A DNA stretch of 64,000 nucleotides from Octopus sinensis (lineage: Eukaryota), in assembly GCF_006345805.1 (NCBI RefSeq), contig NC_043026.1, positions 248,001 to 312,000 of the forward strand. Direction: 5' to 3'. Below are positions 1-13,330 of the stretch, piece by piece; the first letter of the stretch is position 1, and every line of letters begins with the position of its first letter. The translations under genes were made by a program, and so were the position numbers. The notes under the pieces are model-generated. The model was not told the origin of the DNA and made no database searches. It worked only from the letters and a program-made list of their open reading frames with translations.

Positions 1-29
1 ACAATTTTCTTCTCTCTTTTATCATATCA

Positions 30-404
30 CTAGCAGTATCGCCCGGCGTTGCTCAGGTTTGTAAGGGAAATAACTATAAAGCATTTTTAGAGAGTTATAG
101 CCAAAAAACAGCAAAAAAATGATGGTAAATTTTTTTTTGATAGTTAAAAAAGGTGGAGTTGCGTCCCCTACACAGTTTGTGGTTTGTGTTCCTGATTCTC
201 GACCCCATGTCGAATTTATCGATTTTTTTCAGAACTGGGGGAACTTTTCAAAATTTTCGCTGCGTTAGTTTTGAATTATGACATTGGGCTATGTGTGTGT
301 CAAGTTTCATCACAATCGGTTGAAAGCTGTGGTCAGGGTGAGGGTACAAGCAAACAGACACACAGAAACACGCACAGACAAATTGCCGTTTATATAGACA
401 GAGA
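30..404 (-). mobile_element. Non-autonomous Helitron-like element
   Basis: On the minus strand it starts TC (404-403, TCTCTGTCTATATAAAC) after an A and ends ...GCAACGCCGGGCGATACTGCTAG before a T (29), i.e. canonical TC...CTAG termini in an AT target. A related copy lies at 52389-52782. Confidence 0.75.
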
Positions 405-539
405 TTAGTACATTAAGCTTCTCACTTTTCTCCAGTATTATTTTTTTCCCCCAAATCACAAAAGTTATATACCTTTCTTCTGTTTGTTTTCACAGCATAT
501 CCCTATCAAATATTTCTACTGCTTTATTTCTATCCTTTA

Positions 540-3500
540 GGCGCAGGAGTGGCTGTGTGGTAAGTAACTTGCTTACCAACCACATGGTTCCGGGTTCAGT
601 CCCACTGTGTGTCACCTTGGGCAAGTGTCTTCTACTATAGCCCCGGGCCAACCAAAGCCTTGTGAGTAGATTTGGTAGATGGAAACTGAAAGAAGCCTGT
701 TGTGTATGTTGTGCAGGAGTGGCTGTGTGGTAAGTAACTTGCTTACCAACCACATGGTTCCGGGTTCAGTCCCACTGTGTGTCACCTTGGGCAAGTGTCT
801 TCTACTATAGCCCCGGGCCAACCAAAGCCTTGTGAGTAGATTTGGTAGATGGAAACTAAAAGAAGCCTGTTGTGTATGTTGTGCAGGAGTGGCTGTGTGG
901 TAAGTAACTTGCTTACCAACCACATGGTTCCGGGTTCAGTCCCACTGTGTGTCACCTTGGGCAAGTGTCTTCTACTATAGCCCCGGGCCAACCAAAGCCT
1001 TGTGAGTAGATTTGGTAGATGGAAACTGAAAGAAGCCTGTTGTGTATGTTGTGCAGGAGTGGCTGTGTGGTAAGTAACTTGCTTACCAACCACATGGTTC
1101 CGGGTTCAGTCCCACTGTGTGTCACCTTGGGCAAGTGTCTTCTACTATAGCCCCGGGCCAACCAAAGCCTTGTGAGTAGATTTGGTAGATGGAAACTGAA
1201 AGAAGCCTGTTGTGTATGTTGTGCAGGAGTGGCTGTGTGGTAAGTAACTTGCTTACCAACCACATGGTTCCGGGTTCAGTCCCACTGTGTGTCACCTTGG
1301 GCAAGTGTCTTCTACTATAGCCCCGGGCCAACCAAAGCCTTGTGAGTAGATTTGGTAGATGGAAACTGAAAGAAGCCTGTTGTGTATGTTGGGCAGGAGT
1401 GGCTGTGTGGTAAGTAACTTGCTTACCAACCACATGGTTCCGGGTTCAGTCCCACTGCATGGCACCTTGGGCAAGTGTCTTCTACTATAGCCTCGGGCCA
1501 ACCAAAGCCTTGTGAGTAGATTTGGTAGATGGAAACTGAAAGAAGCCTGTTGTGTATGTTGTGCAGGAGTGGCTGTGTGGTAAGTAACTTGCTTACCAAC
1601 CACATGGTTCCGGGTTCAGTCCCACTGTGTGTCACCTTGGGCAAGTGTCTTCTACTATAGCCCCGGGCCAACCAAAGCCTTGTGAGTAGATTTGGTAGAT
1701 GGAAACTGAAAGAAGCCTGTTGTGTATGTTGTGCAGGAGTGGCTGTGTGGTAAGTAACTTGCTTACCAACCACATGGTTCCGGGTTCAGTCCCACTGTGT
1801 GTCACCTTGGGCAAGTGTCTTCTACTATAGCCTCGGGCCAACCAAAGCCTTGTGAGTAGATTTGGTAGATGGAAACTGAAAGAAGCCTGTTGTGTATGTT
1901 GTGCAGGAGTGGCTGTGTGGTAAGTAACTTGCTTACCAACCACATGGTTCCGGGTTCAGTCCCACTGTGTGTCACCTTGGGCAAGTGTCTTCTACTATAG
2001 CCTCGGGCCAACCAAAGCCTTGTGAGTAGATTTGGTAGATGGAAACTGAAAGAAGCCTGTTGTGTATGTTGTGCAGGAGTGGCTGTGTGGTAAGTAACTT
2101 GCTTACCAACCACATGGTTCCGGGTTCAGTCCCACTGCATGGCACCTTGGGCAAGTGTCTTCTACTATAGCCTCGGGCCAACCAAAGCCTTGTGAGTAGA
2201 TTTGGTAGATGGAAACTGAAAGAAGCCTGTTGTGTATGTTGTGCAGGAGTGGCTGTGTGGTAAGTAACTTGCTTACCAACCACATGGTTCCGGGTTCAGT
2301 CCCACTGCATGGCACCTTGGGCAAGTGTCTTCTACTATAGCCTCGGGCCAACCAAAGCCTTGTGAGTAGATTTGGTAGATGGAAACTGAAAGAAGCCTGT
2401 TGTGTATGTTGTGCAGGAGTGGCTGTGTGGTAAGTAACTTGCTTACCAACCACATGGTTCCGGGTTCAGTCCCACTGCATGGCACCTTGGGCAAGTGTCT
2501 TCTACTATAGCCTCGGGCCAACCAAAGCCTTGTGAGTAGATTTGGTAGATGGAAACTGAAAGAAGCCTGTTGTGTATGTTGTGCAGGAGTGGCTGTGTGG
2601 TAAGTAACTTGCTTACCAACCACATGGTTCCGGGTTCAGTCCCACTGCATGGCACCTTGGGCAAGTGTCTTCTACTATAGCCTCGGGCCAACCAAAGCCT
2701 TGTGAGTAGATTTGGTAGATGGAAACTGAAAGAAGCCTGTTGTGTATGTTGTGCAGGAGTGGCTGTGTGGTAAGTAACTTGCTTACCAACCACATGGTTC
2801 CGGGTTCAGTCCCACTGCATGGCACCTTGGGCAAGTGTCTTCTACTATAGCCTCGGGCCAACCAAAGCCTTGTGAGTAGATTTGGTAGATGGAAACTGAA
2901 AGAAGCCTGTTGTGTATGTTGTGCAGGAGTGGCTGTGTGGTAAGTAACTTGCTTACCAACCACATGGTTCCGGGTTCAGTCCCACTGCATGGCACCTTGG
3001 GCAAGTGTCTTCTACTATAGCCTCGGGCCAACCAAAGCCTTGTGAGTAGATTTGGTAGATGGAAACTGAAAGAAGCCTGTTGTGTATGTTGTGCAGGAGT
3101 GGCTGTGTGGTAAGTAACTTGCTTACCAACCACATGGTTCCGGGTTCAGTCCCACTGCATGGCACCTTGGGCAAGTGTCTTCTACTATAGCCTCGGGCCA
3201 ACCAAAGCCTTGTGAGTAGATTTGGTAGATGGAAACTGAAAGAAGCCTGTTGTGTATGTTGTGCAGGAGTGGCTGTGTGGTAAGTAACTTGCTTACCAAC
3301 CACATGGTTCCGGGTTCAGTCCCACTGTGTGTCACCTTGGGCAAGTGTCTTCTACTATAGCCTCGGGCCAACCAAAGCCTTGTGAGTAGATTTGGTAGAT
3401 GGAAACTGAAAGAAGCCTGTTGTGTATGTTGTGCAGGAGTGGCTGTGTGGTAAGTAACTTGCTTACCAACCACATGGTTCCGGGTTCAGTCCCACTGTGT

Positions 3501-6500
3501 GTCACCTTGGGCAAGTATCTTCTACTAGACCCTTAGGCCGACCGAAGCCTTGTGAGTAGATTTGGTAGATGGAAACTGAAAGAAGCCTGTTGTGTATGTT
3601 GTGCAGGAGTGGCTGTGTGGTAAGTAACTTGCTTACCAACCACATGGTTCCGGGTTCAGTCTCACTGCGTGGCACCTTGGGCAAGTGTCTTCTACTATAG
3701 CCTCGGGCCAACCAAAGCCTTGTGAGTGGATTTGGTAGACGGAAACTGAAAGAAGCCTGTCATATATATGTATATAGGAGTGGCTGTGTGGTAAGTAACT
3801 TGCTTACCAACCACATGGTTCCGGGTTCAGTCCCACTGTGTGTCACCTTGGGCAAGTGTCTTCTACTATAGCCCCGGGCCAACCAAAGCCTTGTGAGTAG
3901 ATTTGGTAGATGGAAACTGAAAGAAGCCTGTTGTGTATGTTGTGCAGGAGTGGCTGTGTGGTAAGTAACTTGCTTACCAACCACATGGTTCCGGGTTCAG
4001 TCCCACTGTGTGTCACCTTGGGCAAGTGTCTTCTACTATAGCCCCGGGCCAACCAAAGCCTTGTGAGTAGATTTGGTAGATGGAAACTGAAAGAAGCCTG
4101 TTGTGTATGTTGTGCAGGAGTGGCTGTGTGGTAAGTAACTTGCTTACCAACCACATGGTTCCGGGTTCAGTCCCACTGTGTGTCACCTTGGGCAAGTGTC
4201 TTCTACTATAGCCCCGGGCCAACCAAAGCCTTGTGAGTAGATTTGGTAGATGGAAACTGAAAGAAGCCTGTTGTGTATGTTGTGCAGGAGTGGCTGTGTG
4301 GTAAGTAACTTGCTTACCAACCACATGGTTCCGGGTTCAGTCCCACTGTGTGTCACCTTGGGCAAGTGTCTTCTACTATAGCCCCGGGCCAACCAAAGCC
4401 TTGTGAGTAGATTTGGTAGATGGAAACTGAAAGAAGCCTGTTGTGTATGTTGTGCAGGAGTGGCTGTGTGGTAAGTAGCTTGTCTACCAACCACATGGTT
4501 CCGGGTTCAGTCCCACTGTGTGTCACCTTGGGCAAGTGTCTTCTACTATAGCCCCGGGCCAACCAAAGCCTTGTGAGTAGATTTGGTAGATGGAAACTGA
4601 AAGAAGCCTGTTGTGTATGTTGTGCAGGAGTGGCTGTGTGGTAAGTAACTTGCTTACCAACCACATGGTTCCGGGTTCAGTCCCACTGTGTGTCACCTTG
4701 GGCAAGTGTCTTCTACTATAGCCCCGGGCCAACCAAAGCCTTGTGAGTAGATTTGGTAGATGGAAACTGAAAGAAGCCTGTTGTGTATGTTGTGCAGGAG
4801 TGGCTGTGTGGTAAGTAACTTGCTTACCAACCACATGGTTCCGGGTTCAGTCCCACTGTGTGTCACCTTGGGCAAGTGTCTTCTACTATAGCCCCGGGCC
4901 AACCAAAGCCTTGTGAGTAGATTTGGTAGATGGAAACTGAAAGAAGCCTGTTGTGTATGTTGTGCAGGAGTGGCTGTGTGGTAAGTAACTTGCTTACCAA
5001 CCACATGGTTCCGGGTTCAGTCCCACTGTGTGTCACCTTGGGCAAGTGTCTTCTACTATAGCCCCGGGCCAACCAAAGCCTTGTGAGTAGATTTGGTAGA
5101 TGGAAACTGAAAGAAGCCTGTTGTGTATGTTGTGCAGGAGTGGCTGTGTGGTAAGTAGCTTGTCTACCAACCACATGGTTCCGGGTTCAGTCCCACTGTG
5201 TGTCACCTTGGGCAAGTGTCTTCTACTATAGCCTCGGGCCAACCAAAGCCTTGTGAGTAGATTTGGTAGATGGAAACTGAAAGAAGCCTGTTGTGTATGT
5301 TGTGCAGGAGTGGCTGTGTGGTAAGTAACTTGCTTACCAACCACATGGTTCCGGGTTCAGTCCCACTGTGTGTCACCTTGGGCAAGTGTCTTCTACTATA
5401 GCCCCGGGCCAACCAAAGCCTTGTGAGTAGATTTGGTAGATGGAAACTGAAAGAAGCCTGTTGTGTATGTTGTGCAGGAGTGGCTGTGTGGTAAGTAACT
5501 TGCTTACCAACCACATGGTTCCGGGTTCAGTCCCACTGTGTGTCACCTTGGGCAAGTGTCTTCTACTATAGCCCCGGGCCAACCAAAGCCTTGTGAGTAG
5601 ATTTGGTAGATGGAAACTGAAAGAAGCCTGTTGTGTATGTTGTGCAGGAGTGGCTGTGTGGTAAGTAACTTGCTTACCAACCACATGGTTCCGGGTTCAG
5701 TCCCACTGTGTGTCACCTTGGGCAAGTGTCTTCTACTATAGCCCCGGGCCAACCAAAGCCTTGTGAGTAGATTTGGTAGATGGAAACTGAAAGAAGCCTG
5801 TTGTGTATGTTGTGCAGGAGTGGCTGTGTGGTAAGTAACTTGCTTACCAACCACATGGTTCCGGGTTCAGTCCCACTGTGTGTCACCTTGGGCAAGTGTC
5901 TTCTACTATAGCCCCGGGCCAACCAAAGCCTTGTGAGTAGATTTGGTAGATGGAAACTGAAAGAAGCCTGTTGTGTATGTTGGGCAGGAGTGGCTGTGTG
6001 GTAAGTAACTTGCTTACCAACCACATGGTTCCGGGTTCAGTCCCACTGCATGGCACCTTGGGCAAGTGTCTTCTACTATAGCCTCGGGCCAACCAAAGCC
6101 TTGTGAGTAGATTTGGTAGATGGAAACTGAAAGAAGCCTGTTGTGTATGTTGTGCAGGAGTGGCTGTGTGGTAAGTAACTTGCTTACCAACCACATGGTT
6201 CCGGGTTCAGTCCCACTGTGTGTCACCTTGGGCAAGTGTCTTCTACTATAGCCCCGGGCCAACCAAAGCCTTGTGAGTAGATTTGGTAGATGGAAACTGA
6301 AAGAAGCCTGTTGTGTATGTTGTGCAGGAGTGGCTGTGTGGTAAGTAACTTGCTTACCAACCACATGGTTCCGGGTTCAGTCCCACTGTGTGTCACCTTG
6401 GGCAAGTGTCTTCTACTATAGCCTCGGGCCAACCAAAGCCTTGTGAGTAGATTTGGTAGATGGAAACTGAAAGAAGCCTGTTGTGTATGTTGTGCAGGAG

Positions 6501-9500
6501 TGGCTGTGTGGTAAGTAACTTGCTTACCAACCACATGGTTCCGGGTTCAGTCCCACTGTGTGTCACCTTGGGCAAGTGTCTTCTACTATAGCCTCGGGCC
6601 AACCAAAGCCTTGTGAGTAGATTTGGTAGATGGAAACTGAAAGAAGCCTGTTGTGTATGTTGTGCAGGAGTGGCTGTGTGGTAAGTAACTTGCTTACCAA
6701 CCACATGGTTCCGGGTTCAGTCCCACTGCATGGCACCTTGGGCAAGTGTCTTCTACTATAGCCTCGGGCCAACCAAAGCCTTGTGAGTAGATTTGGTAGA
6801 TGGAAACTGAAAGAAGCCTGTTGTGTATGTTGTGCAGGAGTGGCTGTGTGGTAAGTAACTTGCTTACCAACCACATGGTTCCGGGTTCAGTCCCACTGCA
6901 TGGCACCTTGGGCAAGTGTCTTCTACTATAGCCTCGGGCCAACCAAAGCCTTGTGAGTAGATTTGGTAGATGGAAACTGAAAGAAGCCTGTTGTGTATGT
7001 TGTGCAGGAGTGGCTGTGTGGTAAGTAACTTGCTTACCAACCACATGGTTCCGGGTTCAGTCCCACTGCATGGCACCTTGGGCAAGTGTCTTCTACTATA
7101 GCCTCGGGCCAACCAAAGCCTTGTGAGTAGATTTGGTAGATGGAAACTGAAAGAAGCCTGTTGTGTATGTTGTGCAGGAGTGGCTGTGTGGTAAGTAACT
7201 TGCTTACCAACCACATGGTTCCGGGTTCAGTCCCACTGCATGGCACCTTGGGCAAGTGTCTTCTACTATAGCCTCGGGCCAACCAAAGCCTTGTGAGTAG
7301 ATTTGGTAGATGGAAACTGAAAGAAGCCTGTTGTGTATGTTGTGCAGGAGTGGCTGTGTGGTAAGTAACTTGCTTACCAACCACATGGTTCCGGGTTCAG
7401 TCCCACTGCATGGCACCTTGGGCAAGTGTCTTCTACTATAGCCTCGGGCCAACCAAAGCCTTGTGAGTAGATTTGGTAGATGGAAACTGAAAGAAGCCTG
7501 TTGTGTATGTTGTGCAGGAGTGGCTGTGTGGTAAGTAACTTGCTTACCAACCACATGGTTCCGGGTTCAGTCCCACTGCATGGCACCTTGGGCAAGTGTC
7601 TTCTACTATAGCCTCGGGCCAACCAAAGCCTTGTGAGTAGATTTGGTAGATGGAAACTGAAAGAAGCCTGTTGTGTATGTTGTGCAGGAGTGGCTGTGTG
7701 GTAAGTAACTTGCTTACCAACCACATGGTTCCGGGTTCAGTCCCACTGCATGGCACCTTGGGCAAGTGTCTTCTACTATAGCCTCGGGCCAACCAAAGCC
7801 TTGTGAGTAGATTTGGTAGATGGAAACTGAAAGAAGCCTGTTGTGTATGTTGTGCAGGAGTGGCTGTGTGGTAAGTAACTTGCTTACCAACCACATGGTT
7901 CCGGGTTCAGTCCCACTGTGTGTCACCTTGGGCAAGTGTCTTCTACTATAGCCTCGGGCCAACCAAAGCCTTGTGAGTAGATTTGGTAGATGGAAACTGA
8001 AAGAAGCCTGTTGTGTATGTTGTGCAGGAGTGGCTGTGTGGTAAGTAACTTGCTTACCAACCACATGGTTCCGGGTTCAGTCCCACTGTGTGTCACCTTG
8101 GGCAAGTATCTTCTACTAGACCCTTAGGCCGACCGAAGCCTTGTGAGTAGATTTGGTAGATGGAAACTGAAAGAAGCCTGTTGTGTATGTTGTGCAGGAG
8201 TGGCTGTGTGGTAAGTAACTTGCTTACCAACCACATGGTTCCGGGTTCAGTCTCACTGCGTGGCACCTTGGGCAAGTGTCTTCTACTATAGCCTCGGGCC
8301 AACCAAAGCCTTGTGAGTGGATTTGGTAGACGGAAACTGAAAGAAGCCTGTCATATATATGTATATAGGAGTGGCTGTGTGGTAAGTAACTTGCTTACCA
8401 ACCACATGGTTCCGGGTTCAGTCCCACTGTGTGTCACCTTGGGCAAGTGTCTTCTACTATAGCCCCGGGCCAACCAAAGCCTTGTGAGTAGATTTGGTAG
8501 ATGGAAACTGAAAGAAGCCTGTTGTGTATGTTGTGCAGGAGTGGCTGTGTGGTAAGTAACTTGCTTACCAACCACATGGTTCCGGGTTCAGTCCCACTGT
8601 GTGTCACCTTGGGCAAGTGTCTTCTACTATAGCCCCGGGCCAACCAAAGCCTTGTGAGTAGATTTGGTAGATGGAAACTGAAAGAAGCCTGTTGTGTATG
8701 TTGTGCAGGAGTGGCTGTGTGGTAAGTAACTTGCTTACCAACCACATGGTTCCGGGTTCAGTCCCACTGTGTGTCACCTTGGGCAAGTGTCTTCTACTAT
8801 AGCCCCGGGCCAACCAAAGCCTTGTGAGTAGATTTGGTAGATGGAAACTGAAAGAAGCCTGTTGTGTATGTTGTGCAGGAGTGGCTGTGTGGTAAGTAAC
8901 TTGCTTACCAACCACATGGTTCCGGGTTCAGTCCCACTGTGTGTCACCTTGGGCAAGTGTCTTCTACTATAGCCCCGGGCCAACCAAAGCCTTGTGAGTA
9001 GATTTGGTAGATGGAAACTGAAAGAAGCCTGTTGTGTATGTTGTGCAGGAGTGGCTGTGTGGTAAGTAGCTTGTCTACCAACCACATGGTTCCGGGTTCA
9101 GTCCCACTGTGTGTCACCTTGGGCAAGTGTCTTCTACTATAGCCCCGGGCCAACCAAAGCCTTGTGAGTAGATTTGGTAGATGGAAACTGAAAGAAGCCT
9201 GTTGTGTATGTTGTGCAGGAGTGGCTGTGTGGTAAGTAACTTGCTTACCAACCACATGGTTCCGGGTTCAGTCCCACTGTGTGTCACCTTGGGCAAGTGT
9301 CTTCTACTATAGCCCCGGGCCAACCAAAGCCTTGTGAGTAGATTTGGTAGATGGAAACTGAAAGAAGCCTGTTGTGTATGTTGTGCAGGAGTGGCTGTGT
9401 GGTAAGTAACTTGCTTACCAACCACATGGTTCCGGGTTCAGTCCCACTGTGTGTCACCTTGGGCAAGTGTCTTCTACTATAGCCCCGGGCCAACCAAAGC

Positions 9501-12500
9501 CTTGTGAGTAGATTTGGTAGATGGAAACTGAAAGAAGCCTGTTGTGTATGTTGTGCAGGAGTGGCTGTGTGGTAAGTAACTTGCTTACCAACCACATGGT
9601 TCCGGGTTCAGTCCCACTGTGTGTCACCTTGGGCAAGTGTCTTCTACTATAGCCCCGGGCCAACCAAAGCCTTGTGAGTAGATTTGGTAGATGGAAACTG
9701 AAAGAAGCCTGTTGTGTATGTTGTGCAGGAGTGGCTGTGTGGTAAGTAGCTTGTCTACCAACCACATGGTTCCGGGTTCAGTCCCACTGTGTGTCACCTT
9801 GGGCAAGTGTCTTCTACTATAGCCTCGGGCCAACCAAAGCCTTGTGAGTAGATTTGGTAGATGGAAACTGAAAGAAGCCTGTTGTGTATGTTGTGCAGGA
9901 GTGGCTGTGTGGTAAGTAACTTGCTTACCAACCACATGGTTCCGGGTTCAGTCCCACTGTGTGTCACCTTGGGCAAGTGTCTTCTACTATAGCCCCGGGC
10001 CAACCAAAGCCTTGTGAGTAGATTTGGTAGATGGAAACTGAAAGAAGCCTGTTGTGTATGTTGTGCAGGAGTGGCTGTGTGGTAAGTAACTTGCTTACCA
10101 ACCACATGGTTCCGGGTTCAGTCCCACTGTGTGTCACCTTGGGCAAGTGTCTTCTACTATAGCCTCGGGCCAACCAAAGCCTTGTGAGTAGATTTGGTAG
10201 ATGGAAACTGAAAGAAGCCTGTTGTGTATGTTGTGCAGGAGTGGCTGTGTGGTAAGTAACTTGCTTACCAACCACATGGTTCCGGGTTCAGTCCCACTGT
10301 GTGTCACCTTGGGCAAGTGTCTTCTACTATAGCCTCGGGCCAACCAAAGCCTTGTGAGTAGATTTGGTAGATGGAAACTGAAAGAAGCCTGTTGTGTATG
10401 TTGTGCAGGAGTGGCTGTGTGGTAAGTAACTTGCTTACCAACCACATGGTTCCGGGTTCAGTCCCACTGTGTGTCACCTTGGGCAAGTGTCTTCTACTAT
10501 AGCCTCGGGCCAACCAAAGCCTTGTGAGTGGATTTGGTAGACGGAAACTGAAAGAAGCCTGTCATATATATGTATATAGGAGTGGCTGTGTGGTAAGTAA
10601 CTTGCTTACCAACCACATGGTTCCGGGTTCAGTCCCACTGTGTGTCACCTTGGGCAAGTGTCTTCTACTATAGCCCCGGGCCAACCAATGCCTTGTGAGT
10701 AGATTTGGTAGATGGAAACTGAAAGAAGCCTGTTGTGTATGTTGTGCAGGAGTGGCTGTGTGGTAAGTAACTTGCTTACCAACCACATGGTTCCGGGTTC
10801 AGTCCCACTGTGTGTCACCTTGGGCAAGTGTCTTCTACTATAGCCCCGGGCCAACCAAAGCCTTGTGAGTAGATTTGGTAGATGGAAACTGAAAGAAGCC
10901 TGTTGTGTATGTTGTGCAGGAGTGGCTGTGTGGTAAGTAACTTGCTTACCAACCACATGGTTCCGGGTTCAGTCCCACTGTGTGTCACCTTGGGCAAGTG
11001 TCTTCTACTATAGCCCCGGGCCAACCAAAGCCTTGTGAGTAGATTTGGTAGATGGAAACTGAAAGAAGCCTGTTGTGTATGTTGTGCAGGAGTGGCTGTG
11101 TGGTAAGTAACTTGCTTACCAACCACATGGTTCCGGGTTCAGTCCCACTGCATGGCACCTTGGGCAAGTGTCTTCTACTATAGCCTCGGGCCAACCAAAG
11201 CCTTGTGAGTAGATTTGGTAGATGGAAACTGAAAGAAGCCTGTTGTGTATGTTGTGCAGGAGTGGCTGTGTGGTAAGTAACTTGCTTACCAACCACATGG
11301 TTCCGGGTTCAGTCCCACTGTGTGTCACCTTGGGCAAGTGTCTTCTACTATAGCCCCGGGCCAACCAAAGCCTTGTGAGTAGATTTGGTAGATGGAAACT
11401 GAAAGAAGCCTGTTGTGTATGTTGTGCAGGAGTGGCTGTGTGGTAAGTAACTTGCTTACCAACCACATGGTTCCGGGTTCAGTCCCACTGCATGGCACCT
11501 TGGGCAAGTGTCTTCTACTATAGCCTCGGGCCAACCAAAGCCTTGTGAGTAGATTTGGTAGATGGAAACTGAAAGAAGCCTGTTGTGTATGTTGTGCAGG
11601 AGTGGCTGTGTGGTAAGTAACTTGCTTACCAACCACATGGTTCCGGGTTCAGTCCCACTGTGTGTCACCTTGGGCAAGTGTCTTCTACTATAGCCTCGGG
11701 CCAACCAAAGCCTTGTGAGTAGATTTGGTAGATGGAAACTGAAAGAAGCCTGTTGTGTATGTTGTGCAGGAGTGGCTGTGTGGTAAGTAACTTGCTTACC
11801 AACCACATGGTTCCGGGTTCAGTCCCACTGTGTGTCACCTTGGGCAAGTGTCTTCTACTATAGCCTCGGGCCAACCAAAGCCTTGTGAGTAGATTTGGTA
11901 GATGGAAACTGAAAGAAGCCTGTTGTGTATGTTGTGCAGGAGTGGCTGTGTGGTAAGTAACTTGCTTACCAACCACATGGTTCCGGGTTCAGTCCCACTG
12001 TGTGTCACCTTGGGCAAGTGTCTTCTACTATAGCCTCGGGCCAACCAAAGCCTTGTGAGTAGATTTGGTAGATGGAAACTGAAAGAAGCCTGTTGTGTAT
12101 GTTGTGCAGGAGTGGCTGTGTGGTAAGTAACTTGCTTACCAACCACATGGTTCCGGGTTCAGTCCCACTGTGTGTCACCTTGGGCAAGTGTCTTCTACTA
12201 TAGCCTCGGGCCAACCAAAGCCTTGTGAGTAGATTTGGTAGATGGAAACTGAAAGAAGCCTGTTGTGTATGTTGTGCAGGAGTGGCTGTGTGGTAAGTAA
12301 CTTGCTTACCAACCACATGGTTCCGGGTTCAGTCCCACTGCATGGCACCTTGGGCAAGTGTCTTCTACTATAGCCTCGGGCCAACCAAAGCCTTGTGAGT
12401 AGATTTGGTAGATGGAAACTGAAAGAAACCTGTTGTGTATGTTGTGCAGGAGTGGCTGTGTGGTAAGTAACTTGCTTACCAACCACATGGTTCCGGGTTC

Positions 12501-13130
12501 AGTCCCACTGTGTGTCACCTTGGGCAAGTGTCTTCTACTATAGCCTCGGGCCAACCAAAGCCTTGTGAGTAGATTTGGTAGATGGAAACTGAAAGAAGCC
12601 TGTTGTGTATGTTGTGCAGGAGTGGCTGTGTGGTAAGTAACTTGCTTACCAACCACATGGTTCCGGGTTCAGTCCCACTGTGTGTCACCTTGGGCAAGTG
12701 TCTTCTACTATAGCCTCGGGCCAACCAAAGCCTTGTGAGTAGATTTGGTAGATGGAAACTGAAAGAAGCCTGTTGTGTATGTTGTGCAAGAGTGGCTGTG
12801 TGGTAAGTAACTTGCTTACCAACCACATGGTTCCGGGTTCAGTCCCACTGTGTGTCACCTTGGGCAAGTGTCTTCTACTATAGCCTCGGGCCAACCAAAG
12901 CCTTGTGAGTGGATTTGGTAGACGGAAACTGAAAGAAGCCTGTCATATATATGTATATAGGAGTGGCTGTGTGGTAAGTAACTTGCTTACCAACCACATG
13001 GTTCCGGGTTCAGTCCCACTGTGTGTCACCTTGGGCAAGTGTCTTCTACTATAGCCTCGGGCCAACCAAAGCCCTGTGAGTGGATTTGGTAGACGGAAAC
13101 TGAAAGAAGCCCGTCGTATATATGTATATA
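540..13130 (+). repeat. SINE-derived satellite: 74 tandem copies of a 170-bp tRNA-like SINE head/core
   Basis: GCAGGAG recurs at 543, 713 and so on (period 170). From the first AGGAG (545) to the last (12959) is 12414 bp = 73x170 + 4, matching four 171-bp monomers near 3760, 8351, 10561 and 12942. The monomer matches dispersed SINEs at 16698-17063, 21460-21860 and 26448-26882. Confidence 0.97.
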
Positions 13131-13330
13131 TATGCGTGTGTGTGTTTGTCACCGATGCTGGTGTGTTTGTGTCCCCGTTACTTAGCGGTACGGCAAAAGG
13201 GACCGATAGAATAAGTACTGGGCTTACAAAAGAATAAGTCCCGGGGTCGAGTTGCTCAATTAAAGGCGGTGCTCCAGCATGGCCGCAGTCAAATGACTGA
13301 AACAAGTAAAAGAATAAAAGAGTAAAGAGT
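12959..13330 (+). mobile_element. Terminal complete SINE (family 1: head, TA/TG microsatellite, 3' body ending AAAGAGT repeats)
   Basis: The last monomer continues into GCCCGTCGTATATATG, then (TG)n, then ...CTCCAGCATGGCCGCAGTCAAATGACTGAAACAAGTAAAAG, the same body as the dispersed copies. Confidence 0.9.

Noticed and set aside
540-620. tRNA genes at SINE heads (also 22340-22417, 40998-41080)
   Set aside because: Only A/B-box-like motifs remain; I could not fold a full cloverleaf, and each head continues into a SINE body.
540-13130. CRISPR-like array
   Set aside because: There are no unique spacers (whole units repeat), no cas genes, and the context is eukaryotic.
490-13305. About 75 near-identical 60-120-aa minus-strand ORFs (MVGKQVTYHT...)
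   Set aside because: They are antisense readings of the 170-bp SINE monomer. The period is not a multiple of 3, the ORFs overlap each other, and they contain no protein motif.
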